From Octopus sinensis (Eukaryota): DNA of 64,000 nt. Positions within the stretch are counted from its first letter, which is position 1. The number at the start of each line of letters is the position of its first letter. This document shows positions 50,134 to 61,875 of this stretch, piece after piece. Both the position numbers and the translations under genes were made by a program. The stretch is from NCBI RefSeq assembly GCF_006345805.1, contig NC_042997.1:171058001-171122000 (forward strand), read 5' to 3'. The notes beneath the pieces were generated by a model. The model was not told where the DNA came from. It ran no database searches and saw only the letters and a program-made list of their open reading frames with translations.

Positions 50134-50704
50134 CCGACAACTTTTTTTTTAATAGCACAGCTATTCGGGAATAATTTTTTGTTTTCTTTTTCATAATTTA
50201 TAAATCTATTGATTTCGGCGGCGAGCTGTTAGAACCGTCAGCACGTCCGGATCTTTACATTATGAGTTTAGCAACCGGCGAGGTCGACTTTGCATTTTAT
50301 CCTTTCGAAAACAGAGATTTATTGTGAATAACATTTAAATTATTTGTTCCTTATAAAAGTTATGAGTAACTTATCGCTTCTTAGCTTTTACGACAATTTT
50401 AATTTGTCTTTTCTTTTTTTTCAAAATTTGATTGTTAAAATTATATAAGGAATATAAGGAACTGAACCATTGCTTCTCTTATATTTCAAGCTAATTAGTT
50501 ACAGATGTTAGAAAGATTTCTCATGACATACGCCGGAAGAGTCACTCTGATTCACGGGACTCGCACTTGCAGACAGCAACCTCCGCACCGATAACGGTGG
50601 GCAGGGATATAGTTTCAGGAGCCAAGATCACCGGAGGTCTCAACTGGCTCAAACTTGACTATAAACCTGTCGGAGAGCGACCGATATCTTGATACTCTCT
50701 TTTA

Positions 50705-50901
50705 TTCTCTTTTACTTGTTTCAGTCATTTGACTGCGGCCATGCTGGAGCACCGCCTTTAGTCGAGCAAATTGACCCCAGGTTTAATTCTTTGTAAGCCT
50801 AGTACTTATTCTATCGTTCTCTTTTACCGAACCGCTAAGTTACGGGGACGTAAACACACGACTATCGGTTGTCAAGCGATGTTGGGGGACAAACACAGAC
50901 A

Positions 50902-50939
<38 letters not shown>

Positions 50940-51130
50940 ACACACACACACATATATAAACATATATACGACGGGCTTCTTTCAGTTTCCGTCTACCACA
51001 TCCACTCACAAGGCTTTGGTCGGCCCGAGGCTATAGTAGAAGACACTTGCCCTAGGTGCCACGCAGTGGGACTGAATCCGGAACCATGTGGTTGGTAAGC
51101 AAGCTACTTACCACACAGCCATTCTTGCAC
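50705..51130 (-). mobile_element. tRNA-headed SINE family B, full length, CpG-intact
   Basis: Near-consensus copy. Confidence 0.92.
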
Positions 51131-51151
51131 CTATAGTTTGCTTTCTCAAAT

Positions 51152-51237
51152 AAATATGGAACACTTCACGAATTTGCGTGTCATCCTTGCGCAAGGGCCT
51201 TGCTAATCTTCGCTTTATCTCTCCAATTTTATTATGT
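51152..51237 (-). pseudogene. U6: U6 snRNA pseudogene, 5'-truncated
   Basis: Reverse complement ACATAATAAAATTGGAGAGATAAAGCGAAGATTAGCAAGGCCCTTGCGCAAGGATGACACGCAAATTCGTGAAGTGTTCCATATTT matches U6 from about nt 18 to the 3' end; ACAGAGA box mutated to AAAGCGA; 5' stem-loop absent. Confidence 0.92.
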
Positions 51238-51297
51238 CGATAAAATAGGCTTCTAGTCAAGTACTAGGTTCGATGCAATCGACTTGCCCTCTTCCCA

Positions 51298-51690
51298 AGG
51301 CGGCGAGCTGGCAGAAACGTTAGCAGGCCGGGCGAAATGCTTAGCGGTATTTCGTCTGCGGCTACGTTCTGAGTTCAAATTCAACCGAGGTCGACTTTGC
51401 CTTTCATCCTTTCGGGGTCGATTAAGCAAGTACCAGTTACGCACTGGGGTCGATATAATCGACTTAATCCCTTTATCTGTCCATGTTTGTCCCTTCTGTG
51501 TTTAGCCCCTTGTGGCTAGGAAAGAAATAGGTATTTCGTCTGCCGTTACGTTCTGAGTTCAAATTCCGCCGTGGTCGACTTTGCCTCTCATCCTTTCGGG
51601 GTCGATAAATTAAGTTCCAGTTACGCACTGGGGTCGATCTAATCGACATAATCCCTTTGTCTGTCCTTGTTTAGCCCCTTGTGGGCAATA
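51298..51690 (+). mobile_element. tandem dimer of SINE family C
   Basis: Full copy 51298-51530 directly followed by a 5'-truncated copy starting GGTATTTCGTCTGCCGTTACG. Confidence 0.88.
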
Positions 51691-51734
51691 AAAAAATAAA
51701 CATAATTCAAGGAACGAATGGAGGATGTATATAC

Positions 51735-51942
51735 TCTTTTACTCTTTTACTTGTTTCAGTCATTTGACTGCGGCCATGCTGGAGCACAGCCTTTAGTCGA
51801 GCAAATCGACAGCGGGACTTATTCTTTGTAAGCCCAGTACTTATTCTATCGGTCTCTTTTGCCGAACCGCTAAGTGACGGGGACGTAAACACACCAGCAT
51901 CGGTTGTCAAGCTATGCTAGGGGGACAAACACAGACACACAA

Positions 51943-52026
<84 letters not shown>

Positions 52027-52195
52027 CATATATACGACAGGCTTCTTTCAGTTTCCGTCTACCAAATCCACTCACAAGGCTTTGGTCGGCCCGGGGCTAT
52101 AGCAGAAGACACCTGCCCAAGATGCCACGCAGTGGGACTGAATCCGGAACCATGTGGTTGGTTAGCAAGCTACTTACCACACAGCCACTCCTGCC
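51735..52195 (-). mobile_element. tRNA-headed SINE family B, full length
   Basis: Near-consensus with long internal (CA)n(TA)n. Confidence 0.92.
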
Positions 52196-52724
52196 CCTAT
52201 GCCACTCCTAAAGAAATCAATTGACTTGCCCTCTTCCCATCAAAACTTTTGCCCTCGTACTAAAATTTGAAGCCATTATTTATAAATTACGGACTGTGGA
52301 TTGCGATATTCCTTCTGCTTCATGTCTTTCCTTTTACTTGTTTCAGTCAGCAGATTGCGGCCATGCTGGGGCACCGCCTTGGGGGAATTTTAGTCGAACT
52401 AATCGACCCCAGTACTTATTTACTTTTTTTAAAAGCCTGGTACTTGTTCTGTCGGTCTCTTTAGCCGAACCGTTAAATTACGGGGACGTAAACACACCAT
52501 CACCGGTTGTTAAGCGGTGGTGGGAGACGAGCACAGACGTTCTCACGGCAAAAAAAAATGACTGTTTTGTGAGGAAAGGAAGGTTGGCGGTGGAATGAGA
52601 GTTGCTATGACGACGACGAAAGACACTATCTTATACTTCTTTGCTTCATCGTCATCACGATTAACTGATCCTCTTGCGTGTTCTTTTACCCAAAGCCAGG
52701 AACTTTAGGGCAACCCCTCGTACA

Positions 52725-52962
52725 TGTGTGTGTGTGTGTGTGTGTGTCTGTCTGTCTGTCTGCCTGTCTGTCTGTGTGTGTGTATGTATGTATGTATGTA
52801 TGTATGTATGTATGTATGTATGTATGTATGCATGCATGTATGTATGTATGTATGTACGTATGTATGTATGTATGTATGTATGTATGTATGAATGTATGTA
52901 TGTATGTATGTATGTACGTATGTATGTATGTATGTATGTATGTATGTATGTATGCATGCATG
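52725..52962. repeat. (TG)n(TCTG)n(TATG)n compound microsatellite
   Basis: Direct reading; source of the MYVC/HTYI ORFs. Confidence 0.95.
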
Positions 52963-53367
52963 CATCCCCGAGTTGCATGCACAACATACTCCTGAGAATA
53001 TTGTCGTCACGCAAAAACCTGTTGCACAAAATTAATATTCGAAATCATGTTCATATAAGCTGAGAATACGTTCCGATGGCTACTTTTTCTTTTTTCGTTT
53101 TTTTTTTCTTTCTAATAAAACGTATAAATAAAACATATTTTTTCAAATAAAACATATAAATAAAACATATGAATTAAAAAATAAAAATAAAGCAACACTA
53201 TCACTTTTGAACATGAAACATGAGCAGTACAATATTCATACACAAAAGACATTTGAAGAGAAATACATTTGGGAAGAGATAAGAACTGCAATGACGTAAT
53301 AGGGTACGTTCTTACGAGAAAAGCTGTTGATTATTTTGTGAGTGAAGATGGCGGTAAAATGAGAGTT

Positions 53368-53751
53368 GGAAGCACACCGTCGGTTACGACGACGAACGTT
53401 CCGGTTGATCCGAATCAACGGAACAGCCTGCTCGTGAAATTAACGTGTAAGTGGCTGAGCACTCCACAGACACGTGTACCCTTAACGTAGTTCTCGGGGA
53501 TATTCAGCGTGACACAGAGAGTGACAAGGCCGGCCCTTTGAAATACAGGTACAACAGAAACAGGAAGTAAGAGTGAGAGAAAGTTGTGGTGAAAGAGTAC
53601 AGCAGGGATCACCACCATCCCCTGCCGGAGCCTCGTGGAGCTTTAGGTGTTTTCGCTCAATAAACACTCACAACGCCCGGTCTGGGAATCGAAACCGCGA
53701 TCCTATGACCGCGAGTCCGCTGCCCTAACCACTGGGCCATTGCGCCTCCAC
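53368..53751 (-). mobile_element. tRNA-headed SINE family F, full length, 12-bp TSD
   Basis: TSD AAAATGAGAGTT at 53356-53367 and 53752-53763; A-box TGGCCCAGTGG, B-box GGTTTCGATTCC. Confidence 0.92.
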
Positions 53752-53915
53752 AAAATGAGAGTTACTAGGACTTAGAAGGACGCTAGCTTTTGCTTCATAG
53801 TTTATCGTCATCGACATCTGCTTGCAGGACGAAGAACATCCAAAAATGTTTGATGTTTATGGTGCATCAGTTTTTTATACAGTTGAGTTCAGGAACTGAG
53901 TACATTGGAAACTTC

Positions 53916-54731
53916 GGATCTTTTCGGTTTGAACGGCAGTTTTTTAAAATAATTTCCATTTAATATAATTTCCAGGAGTGGCTCTGTGGTAAGTAGCTTG
54001 CTAACCAACCACATGGTTCCGGGTTCAGTCCCACTGCGTGGCATCTTGGGCAAGTGTCTTCTGCTATAGCCCCGGGCCGACCAATGCCTTGTGAGTGGAT
54101 TTGGTAGACGGAAACTGAAAGAAGCCTGTCGTATATATGTATATATATGTTTGTGTGTTTGTGTTTGTCTCCCTAGCATTGCTTGACAACCGATGCCGGT
54201 GTGTTTACGTCCCCGTAACTTAGCGGTTCGGCAAAAAAGACCGATAGAATAAGTACTGGGCTTACAAAGAATAAGTCCCGGGGTCGATTTGCTCGACTAA
54301 AGGTGGTGCTCCAGCATGACCGCAGTCAAATGACTGAAACAAATAAAAGAGTAAAAGAGTAAAGAGTAACTAAAGACTTTTAAACTTCGTATACTGATAG
54401 AATGTGTTTATGAAACATCTTTTTCTCTTGGCTTTATTGAGAAAATTCTATAGTTTGTAAGATATTTGTTGTTGGTTTTTTCTTCAATTTCTGCAATTTC
54501 AACCAATCACTGACGTCTATTGAGGTGAAAACATTCTGTGCCGTATGAATATGTCCCTCGTTTAAGAAACAGATTGGGTTTATTTACATTTCTGAAGAAA
54601 AAAAAGATACCCCTCCACCCCTAACCCTAAAACAGATTGAAATGCAATAGATCGATACTAGGGTCATAATTATGGGTGACAATTTCATATGACACCGCTA
54701 GAAAAAACTGCCGTTCAAACCGAAAAGATCC
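53916..54731. mobile_element. MITE family D interrupted by a family B SINE
   Basis: Perfect TSD GAAACTTC at 53908-53915 and 54732-54739; full TIRs. Confidence 0.93.
53973..54368 (+). mobile_element. tRNA-headed SINE family B nested in the MITE
   Basis: GGAGTGGCTCTGTGG head to AAAAGAGTAAAAGAGTAAAAGAG tail; MITE sequence resumes with TAACTAAA. Confidence 0.92.
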
Positions 54732-54789
54732 GAAACTTCTATTGTAACTTCTATGTAACATCTACAATTAGAGTTTTTTTTTTTTGCCA

Positions 54790-56280
54790 GTAAAAACTTG
54801 CAGACCTTCTTCTGTAAGTGCCAACCCTTTATCAACATTGTTTTGCATCAATTTAATTCTCGTTCGCTCATCTTTATGAAGAGCTTGATATTGTTCTAAC
54901 GCGGCATCAGCTCCTCATTATATAAACTTTATCTATGAGATACTAGCATTTCAACCACGCCTTTCTCTATGACTACTTCAAACCCTACATCGTTTGCAAG
55001 CGTCTGCCTGAATTTGATGTAGGCTTTCTGCTTGTGGAAAACTCGGTAAGTCACGGATACAATCTGGCCATGTATTTTTCCAAGCACCATTCAAAAATTA
55101 ACGCTTCACTTTATTCCATGACTCAGCTCTATTATTTACAGCATCCATTATGTTGAGCTGTAGGTTTATACTCCCTCTCAATTGCTTTCATAAGTTGTGT
55201 GAAAGTTCTTCTCAGATAACATGCCTTGAAATACGTGATCACATCTTGATCCATTGCCTGAAGCAAAGAATCAATTTTGTAGGGGATATTTTCGACTCTC
55301 ACATAACCAGAAAGCTTATCTAAAGTTCATTGGGTACATTAGAGCATTGTCTAAAACAGGCCTGGCCAACTCGAATTACATTGCGGGCCACTTTAATCAC
55401 AGAAAGCTTTTTGGTGGCCGCTTGTATAATTTATGCACTAATAGTCAAAAAATCAAATTACAGAATCAAGAATTTATCATACTTTTCGTTTGTTTAAAAT
55501 TATAAAATTATAGGCTTTTGTTTTATTGCCACTTATAAATTTTAAATTTGTTTTGAAACAAATGTTTTATACAAACAAATTTATTTTGAAATTAAACACA
55601 ATACTTCAAGAAAGTATCAAGCAGGCCGCAAGATAAACGTCTGCGGACCTCTGATCGGCCAGCCTTGATCTAAAAGGAGCAATGTGTTTTTGGAAATATC
55701 ATGTCTGGCAGTGTAGCTTTCAAAAACAGGGCAAAAAGCGTTTAAAAAACTTTGGAAAAGCTCTTAGTCATCCATGGCTTTATATTTGAATGACATATCA
55801 AAGATAAATTATATTTTGCTTAACTATTGAAAGCCCTTGTATTTTCAGAATGATACCCGAGAAAAAGATCTTAACTTCGTATCACCAGCGGCCTTTTCTA
55901 CTACAAGAAGTGTCAGACTATTTTCGGAAGCTTTAAGTTCTGGTGTTGATGTTTCTTCTCGCGAAATAAAAATTCTAGCCGGTATTAGCTTCCAAGAAAG
56001 TACATCTTCATCAACATTATGCAGTTACACTGGTGTTAGCTCCTGTTAGCAACTGTTTCTTTTTAACTGCTGAAGATAATTAACAACAGCCTTTGCATCA
56101 GTATTAACAATTTCACACGTAACTTTTACGTTGTGCAAATTCAAATGCTTCTTAAACCTTTGAAACTAGACTTTACTTGCCAGCAAAAGGATTTTGGTTA
56201 GAAATTTCACTTATCTTTATCTACAAAACATCATTCAACTTTCTTTCTTTTTTGCCATCATGCTTACCGGCACATTACGC
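54790..56280 (-). pseudogene. Tigger/pogo-family DDD transposase remnant
   Basis: Minus-strand blocks HNVDEDVLSWKLIPARIFISREE (NVDETGL.WK.MP.RTFISREE), AAGDTKL, LLLLDNA, DSLLQAMDQDVITYFKACYLRRTF (SLIQPMDQGVI..FKAYYLRRTF), NGAWKNTWPDC; many stops and frameshifts. Confidence 0.9.
55357..55667. mobile_element. hAT (Charlie-type) MITE inserted in the Tigger remnant
   Basis: CAGGCCTGGCC... / ...GGCCAGCCTTG imperfect TIRs, CA..TG ends; TSD GTCTAAAA / ATCTAAAA resembles the Charlie NTCTAGAN target. Confidence 0.8.
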
Positions 56281-56463
56281 AGTCTGATATTTGATTCATA
56301 CACTCAGGAGCCGTTCCATAAATGATTTTTTTCCCCTCCTGCATTAAGCCTTTTTGAAACGACAAATATTAAATATCCAATGCAAATCCCGTTACGGGTC
56401 TTTTTTGCATAACTACCTTCAGTTCCACTCGATGGCTTGTTTCCAGGCATATGGAATATATAT

Positions 56464-56539
<76 letters not shown>

Positions 56540-56619
56540 AATTAATAAATAAAATAAAACATATGCATATATACATATATATATGTACGTCCCTACCTCT
56601 ACATGTATATATACATGCA

Positions 56620-56798
56620 TATATGGGTACAGGACACCAAAAAAACGTCGAACACAATGAGAAACGAAAACATAAACACAAAACCAAGGAAATGGACATT
56701 TTTCTTAAACAACGAAAAAATAGAGTACAGGACATACAATACAAGGAAAATTCCCCTTCTTCAGTCGCCTTTGTTTCATCTACTCCACGTTTCGAAGG

Positions 56799-56800
<2 letters not shown>
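56620..56800 (-). mobile_element. possible Penelope-like terminal fragment
   Basis: Minus strand CCTTCGAAACGTGG...GACTGAAGAAGG followed by a T-rich tail, bounded by (TA)n tracts. Confidence 0.35.
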
Positions 56801-56841
<41 letters not shown>

Positions 56842-57033
56842 GTATTATCCCATAACACGCGCGTTTGAAAGAGCTGTAAATAGCGAAAACTCTTAACAAA
56901 ATACGAAAAGTTCCTTCCAAAAGGTTCTTGTTACTCGTTTTTGTTTTCATAAAGATTTTTATGCATTATTAATAAGTTTTAATTCAATAAAATTTTTCTT
57001 CAGATATTGCGACTGTAACAAGCAAAAACTATA

Positions 57034-57427
57034 TCTTTATATATAAAAGTGAAGTTGTGTGTCTGTCTCCTACGATTTAGATTCCTAACTACTCCCACAT
57101 TTTGCGGTGCAGTGTAACCAAAAGCGGGTATCTTATAGTCGTGATTCATATCGAGCCCTTCTGGGTATTAGCGCGCGTCTACGATGAGTCTACGGTTAAA
57201 AAAAAATTTTGCCTCATTTTTTCCCATTTTTAACGCATTTTTTTGCTATTATATAAGGGAAATAACTCTCTAAAAATGTATTATTAAATCTCAGAACGTA
57301 AAAAGCTACAGTAACACCCCCCTTTGTGGTTAGCCATATTGAGATGGCTATTATACTTTACATCTCTAAAAATGCTTATATAGTTATTTCCCTTACAAAC
57401 ACGAGCAACGCCGGGCGATACTGCTAG
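57034..57427 (+). mobile_element. non-autonomous Helitron
   Basis: A|TCTTTATATATAAAAG...CACGAGCAACGCCGGGCGATACTGCTAG|T; 5' part nearly identical to the 17815-18330 copy. Confidence 0.88.
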
Positions 57428-57699
57428 TATATATATATAGACGTGTGTGCGAGCGTGCGTATGTGTACATGAATGAGTGGACAAGCGAAAGAAAAGGGCG
57501 GGTAACACATTTTGTAGGAGTTACATGTATTGTTTGAAACAGTCTGATTCGACTCCATGCAATTTAAAGTGTCGCGGGCCGAATCAATCTGTTCTAAATA
57601 AAACACACACACACACACACACAACTTTGCATACATTCAAAATGCTTTGGTTACACAAGCAAATGATGATTTCTTCTCTTGGTATATCTACTTAAAAAT

Positions 57700-58285
57700 A
57701 TAAAGATATTCTTATTTCTTTATTGCCCACAAAGGGCCAAACATAGAGAGGACAGACAATGACAAACAAACGGATTAAGTCGATTACATTTGACCCCAGT
57801 GCGGGATCTTTTCGGTTTGAACGGCAGTTTTTTACATAATTGCTACGTAACTAAAAAATTTAAAACTTAGTATACTGGTAGAATCTTTTTCTCTTGGCTT
57901 TATTGAGAAAATTCTATAGTTTGTAAGATATTTGTTGTTTTTTTTTCTTCAATTTCTGCAATTTCAACCAATCACTGATGTGTATTGAGGTAAAAAAACA
58001 TTCTGTGCTGTATGAATATGTCCCTCGTTTAAGAAATAGATTGGGTTTATTTACATTTGTGAAGAAAAAAAAGATACCCTTCCCCCCACCCCTAACCCTA
58101 ACCCTAAAACATTGAAATGCAATAGATCGATACTAGGGTCATAATTATGGGTGACAATTTCACATGACACCGCTAGAAAAAAACTGCCGTTCAAACTGAA
58201 AAGATCCCCAGTGCGTAACTGGTACTTAATTTATCGACCCCGAAAGGATGAAAGTAAAATCGACCATGGCGGAATTTGAAAATAT
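57700..58285 (-). mobile_element. SINE family C split by a MITE
   Basis: Tail TATTTCTTTATTGCCCACAAAGGG at left; resumes CCAGTGCGTAACTGGTAC...GGCGGAATTTGAA after 58207. Confidence 0.85.
57804..58207. mobile_element. MITE family D
   Basis: Perfect TSD CCAGTGCG at 57796-57803 and 58208-58215; interior (CCCTAA)3 at 58090-58107. Confidence 0.93.
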
Positions 58286-58729
58286 AAAGATATTCTGTTG
58301 ATATTTATCACTTTTGAGGTAGCGATTTTGCAGAATCATTAGCGAGCCGGTAAAATGTTTAGCGGCATTTCGTGTACCTTTATGCCCTCAGTCCAAATTT
58401 CGCCGAGCTCCACTTTGCTCTTTTATCCTTTCGGAGTCGATAAAACAAGTACCAGCTGAACATTGGGGTCGATGTAATCGACTTAGCAGAAATTGCCGGC
58501 TTTGTACCAAAATTTGGAATCAATATTTATTGCAGTGCGTCTCATAATGTTTGTGACACGTTTAATTTATTTTTGCTGTTTCATAAACTTTCTTTAATAA
58601 ATGCGCTTGTTCGAGTCCTGGTTACTTGCGTTTAAAATGCGTCTTGTCCTTATGAGACACCCAGTGTGTGTGTGTGTGTGTGTGGTGTGTATGTGTTTGT
58701 GTGGGTGTGTTAGTGTATATGCGTCTTCT

Positions 58730-58791
58730 TCCTTCCTCCCTTCCTTCCTTCCTTCCTTCCTTCCTTCCTTCCTTCCTTCCTTCCTTCCTTC

Positions 58792-58834
<43 letters not shown>

Positions 58835-58835
58835 T
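58730..58835. repeat. (TTCC)n(TTTC)n microsatellite
   Basis: Direct reading. Confidence 0.95.
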
Positions 58836-58849
58836 ATGTTCTCTTATTC

Positions 58850-59242
58850 TTTTACATGTTTCAATCATTTGACTGCGGTCGTGCTGGAACACTGCTTTAA
58901 AAGGTTTCAGTCGAAGGAATCAATCTCAGGACTTATTCTTTGTAAACCTGGTTCTTATTCTATCAGTATCTTTTGTCGAACCGCTAGTTTACGGGGATAT
59001 AAGCACACCAACATCGGTTGTCAAGCGGTGGGGGTGATGCAAACAGACACACGTACATGAATATATAAGCATATGTATATATATACGACGGTCTTCTTTC
59101 AGTTTCCATCTACCAAATTCACTTACAAAGCTTTGATCGTCCTGAGGCTATAGTAGAAGACATCTGTGGGACTGAACCCGGAACTGAACCTGGACTGAAC
59201 CCGGAACCATGTGGTTGGGAAGCAAGCTTCTTACCACACAGA
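58850..59242 (-). mobile_element. tRNA-headed SINE family B, diverged
   Basis: Tail-to-head match; local triplication GGACTGAACCCGGAACTGAACCTGGACTGAACCCGG. Confidence 0.8.
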
Positions 59243-59305
59243 AAATTTGGTCACGAACACGAAGCAAATATTATTGTCGTGAATGAAAATGAAGTTGAGT
59301 GAGGT

Positions 59306-59612
59306 AAACTTAGATAAACTTAGTTATGTTTCGACCAAAGATTGGTCCAGGCCATGTCTAACTTAATAGCACCACCTGATAGGATTATTCGAATCCTGTT
59401 TAAGTCAAGTTTTGTTTAAGTAGTGAGTTCTTGTTGGGTGAGTTGTATCAAGTTTTGTTCAAGTAGTGAGTTCTTGTTGGGTGAGTTGTATCCAATTATG
59501 GGTGGCTTATCTGGTATTCTTTGAAGGAATCTATCCAGACTCCGTTTAAGGTTGATGGGATCCTTTAGACGGCAAGAGAGAAAAAAATACTCTAAAATGT
59601 TGAGCAATCCCT
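59306..59612 (-). pseudogene. CR1/L2-type LINE 3' end (ORF2 C-terminus, 3' UTR and tandem tail)
   Basis: KDPINLKRSLDRFLQRIPDKPPIIGYNSPNKNSLLE resembles CR1-type ORF2 ends (FK..LD.FL..IPD.P..GY...N.SL); tail CTAAGTTTATCTAAGTTT. Confidence 0.7.
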
Positions 59613-59672
59613 TGAGTGTAAACCAAGTCACTAGCGTATCAGAAGGATAATTAATTGTTTTTCATGAATCAG

Positions 59673-59773
59673 ACGTATCTTTGCGAGAAACAGAATCTAC
59701 TAAACTTGAAATATGGAAGAAAGAAACAGAAGAAAAAAAACTTGAGAAGCACACACAGCACGTTCTATGCCAG
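59673..59773 (+). CDS. candidate internal coding exon, copy 1 (coiled-coil-like)
   Basis: TTGTTTTTCATGAATCAG| ... CAG|GTATGA; phase-1 frame DVSLRETESTKLEIWKKETEEKKLEKHTQHVLCQ open across the exon, with stops just outside; host gene unknown. Confidence 0.35.
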
Positions 59774-59866
59774 GTATGATTCAATATAATTATGTAAATT
59801 TTGTGAGTTAAAAACATTAATAAATAAAATTTTATCGCTTGTCCTGCAGACAAAAATAGTTATACT

Positions 59867-60276
59867 GGATCTTTTCGGTTTGAACACAGTTTTTTCTAGC
59901 GGTTTCATGAAATTGTCACCCATAATTATGACCCTAGTATCGATCTATTGCATTTCGATCTGTTTTAGGGGTAGGGGTGGGGGGAAGGGTATCTTTTTTT
60001 TCATCAGAAATGTAAATAAACCCAATCTGTTTCTTAAACGAGGGACATATTCATACGGCACAGAATGTTTTCACCTCAATAGACGTCAGTGATTGGTTGA
60101 AATTGCAGAAATTGAAGAAAAAAACCAACAAATATCTTGCAAACTATAGAATTTTCTCAATAATGTCAAGAGAAAAAGATGTTTTATAACCACATTCTAC
60201 CAGTATAGGAAGTTTAAAAGTGTTTAGTTACGTGGAAATTATTTTAAAAAAACTGCCGTTCAAACCGAAAAGATCC
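59867..60276. mobile_element. MITE family D between ~250-bp direct duplications, no 8-bp TSD
   Basis: Full TIRs; flanks GTTATACT / CTTATCTG differ; duplication 59613-59866 and 60303-60550. Confidence 0.92.
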
Positions 60277-60362
60277 CTTATCTGCATTATCTGGATCATA
60301 AATGAGTGTAAACCAAGTCACTAGTGTATCAGAAGGATAATTAATTGTTTTTCGTGAATCAG

Positions 60363-60457
60363 ACGTATCTTTGCGAGAAACAGAATCTACTAAACTTGAA
60401 ATATTGAAGAACGAAAAAGAAACCCTTGAAAAGCACACACAGCACGTTCTATGCCAG
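60363..60457 (+). CDS. candidate internal coding exon, copy 2 (coiled-coil-like)
   Basis: TTGTTTTTCGTGAATCAG| ... CAG|GTGTGA; frame DVSLRETESTKLEILKNEKETLEKHTQHVLCQ; 95 nt versus 101 nt for copy 1 (in-frame 6-nt difference). Confidence 0.35.
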
Positions 60458-61035
60458 GTGTGATTCAATATAATTACGTAAATTTTGAGAGTTAAAAACA
60501 TTAATAAATAAAATTTTATAGCATGTCCTGCAGACAGAAGTAGTTATATTAAGCTCGAAATGTTTTTAAAATAGTAAAGGACCGTTTGTTCTAAAAAAAA
60601 AAATTAAAAAAACGATCAATGAAATATTAAAAAAATGTCGGCTTAAAAGAAGGTTCGGAAATGGATGTTTAGAAGTTTGACGGTCATAACTTGTTCTCTA
60701 GAGAAGAAAGAGCGTTGTGCCTTTGTTGTTCACAATTTTCACGAAATACTAATATATTTTCTTTGGAATAAGATAATGAATTTATGATGTTGAAAATGCC
60801 AGTTCTGTGCAGTTTCTTTTAAATTTTTGCCTTTCTACTTTGTTCCTTAGTTGCAGAATTGGCACATTACTAAAGCGTTTTAAAACGTTAGCCAACTCTT
60901 GTTCATTTGGAATTTTCACTCTCTTTATATTTGGCATTGAGCAATACATTTTCTTTAGCTTTATTTGAAGTAAATTTTATCAATACTATAAATTTATTAT
61001 TTTAAAAAAGAAAAATAACCAATTACCTTTCCGCT

Positions 61036-61308
61036 TTGTCTGTGCATATGCACGCATGTATGTATGTATGTATGTATGTATGTATGTATGTATGTATGTA
61101 TGTATGTATGTATGTATGTATGTATGTATGCATGCATGCATGTATGTATGTATGTATGTATGTATGTATGTATGTATGTATGTATGTATGTATGTATGCA
61201 TGTATGTATGTATGTATGTATGTATGTATGTATGTATGCATGCATGTATGTATGTATGTATGTATGTATGTATGTATGTATGTATGTATGTATGCATGTA
61301 TGTATGTC
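61036..61308. repeat. (TATG)n/(CATG) microsatellite
   Basis: Direct reading. Confidence 0.95.
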
Positions 61309-61875
61309 ATTATTCAGTTTTATTTCAATATTTCTTGCCGACAGAGAAAGAGCCGTTTTCTAACCTAGATCCAAGGCTCCTTCATTGGAATTTCAACATC
61401 AACAGGGTGGATGGGTGAGTATGTATGTATGTATGATGTATGTATGTATGTATGTATGTATGTATGTATGTATGTATGTATGTATGTATGTGTGCAGATT
61501 TGTATGCTTTGTTTTATGTATGTCTTCTCATGCATATACTTGCATATCGAGACATGCTCATATATACTTAAATGATAAACTTCTTGAAAGTTTTACAGAT
61601 TTTTACAGTTCCAGTGATGGCTTGACTCTGTAATCTTCTAATCAGCTTTCTCCATTCTGGTTTTGAGAAGTCTAATTTCTCAAGATTGGTATTTAGGCAG
61701 TGTATTACATATCCCAGTGCCCGAATAATTTAATTATCTCCCCGTCATTCAACCTCTCTTTATTATCGCCTCCCTTTCATTTAACCTCTTTTTTCCAGTC
61801 ATTCGCCATGTTGGCCCATTGAACTCAACACGCCCCCCCCCCATTCTTTCTCTATTTATTTCCTCTTATTCCTTT

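Noticed and set aside
58090-58107. CCCTAA repeats as a telomere or chromosome-fusion site
   Set aside because: Only 2-3 units, and an integral part of every MITE D copy.
60550-61010. Possible hAT transposase fragment or terminal exon LQNWHITKAF*
   Set aside because: No diagnostic motif could be aligned; ambiguous in both directions.
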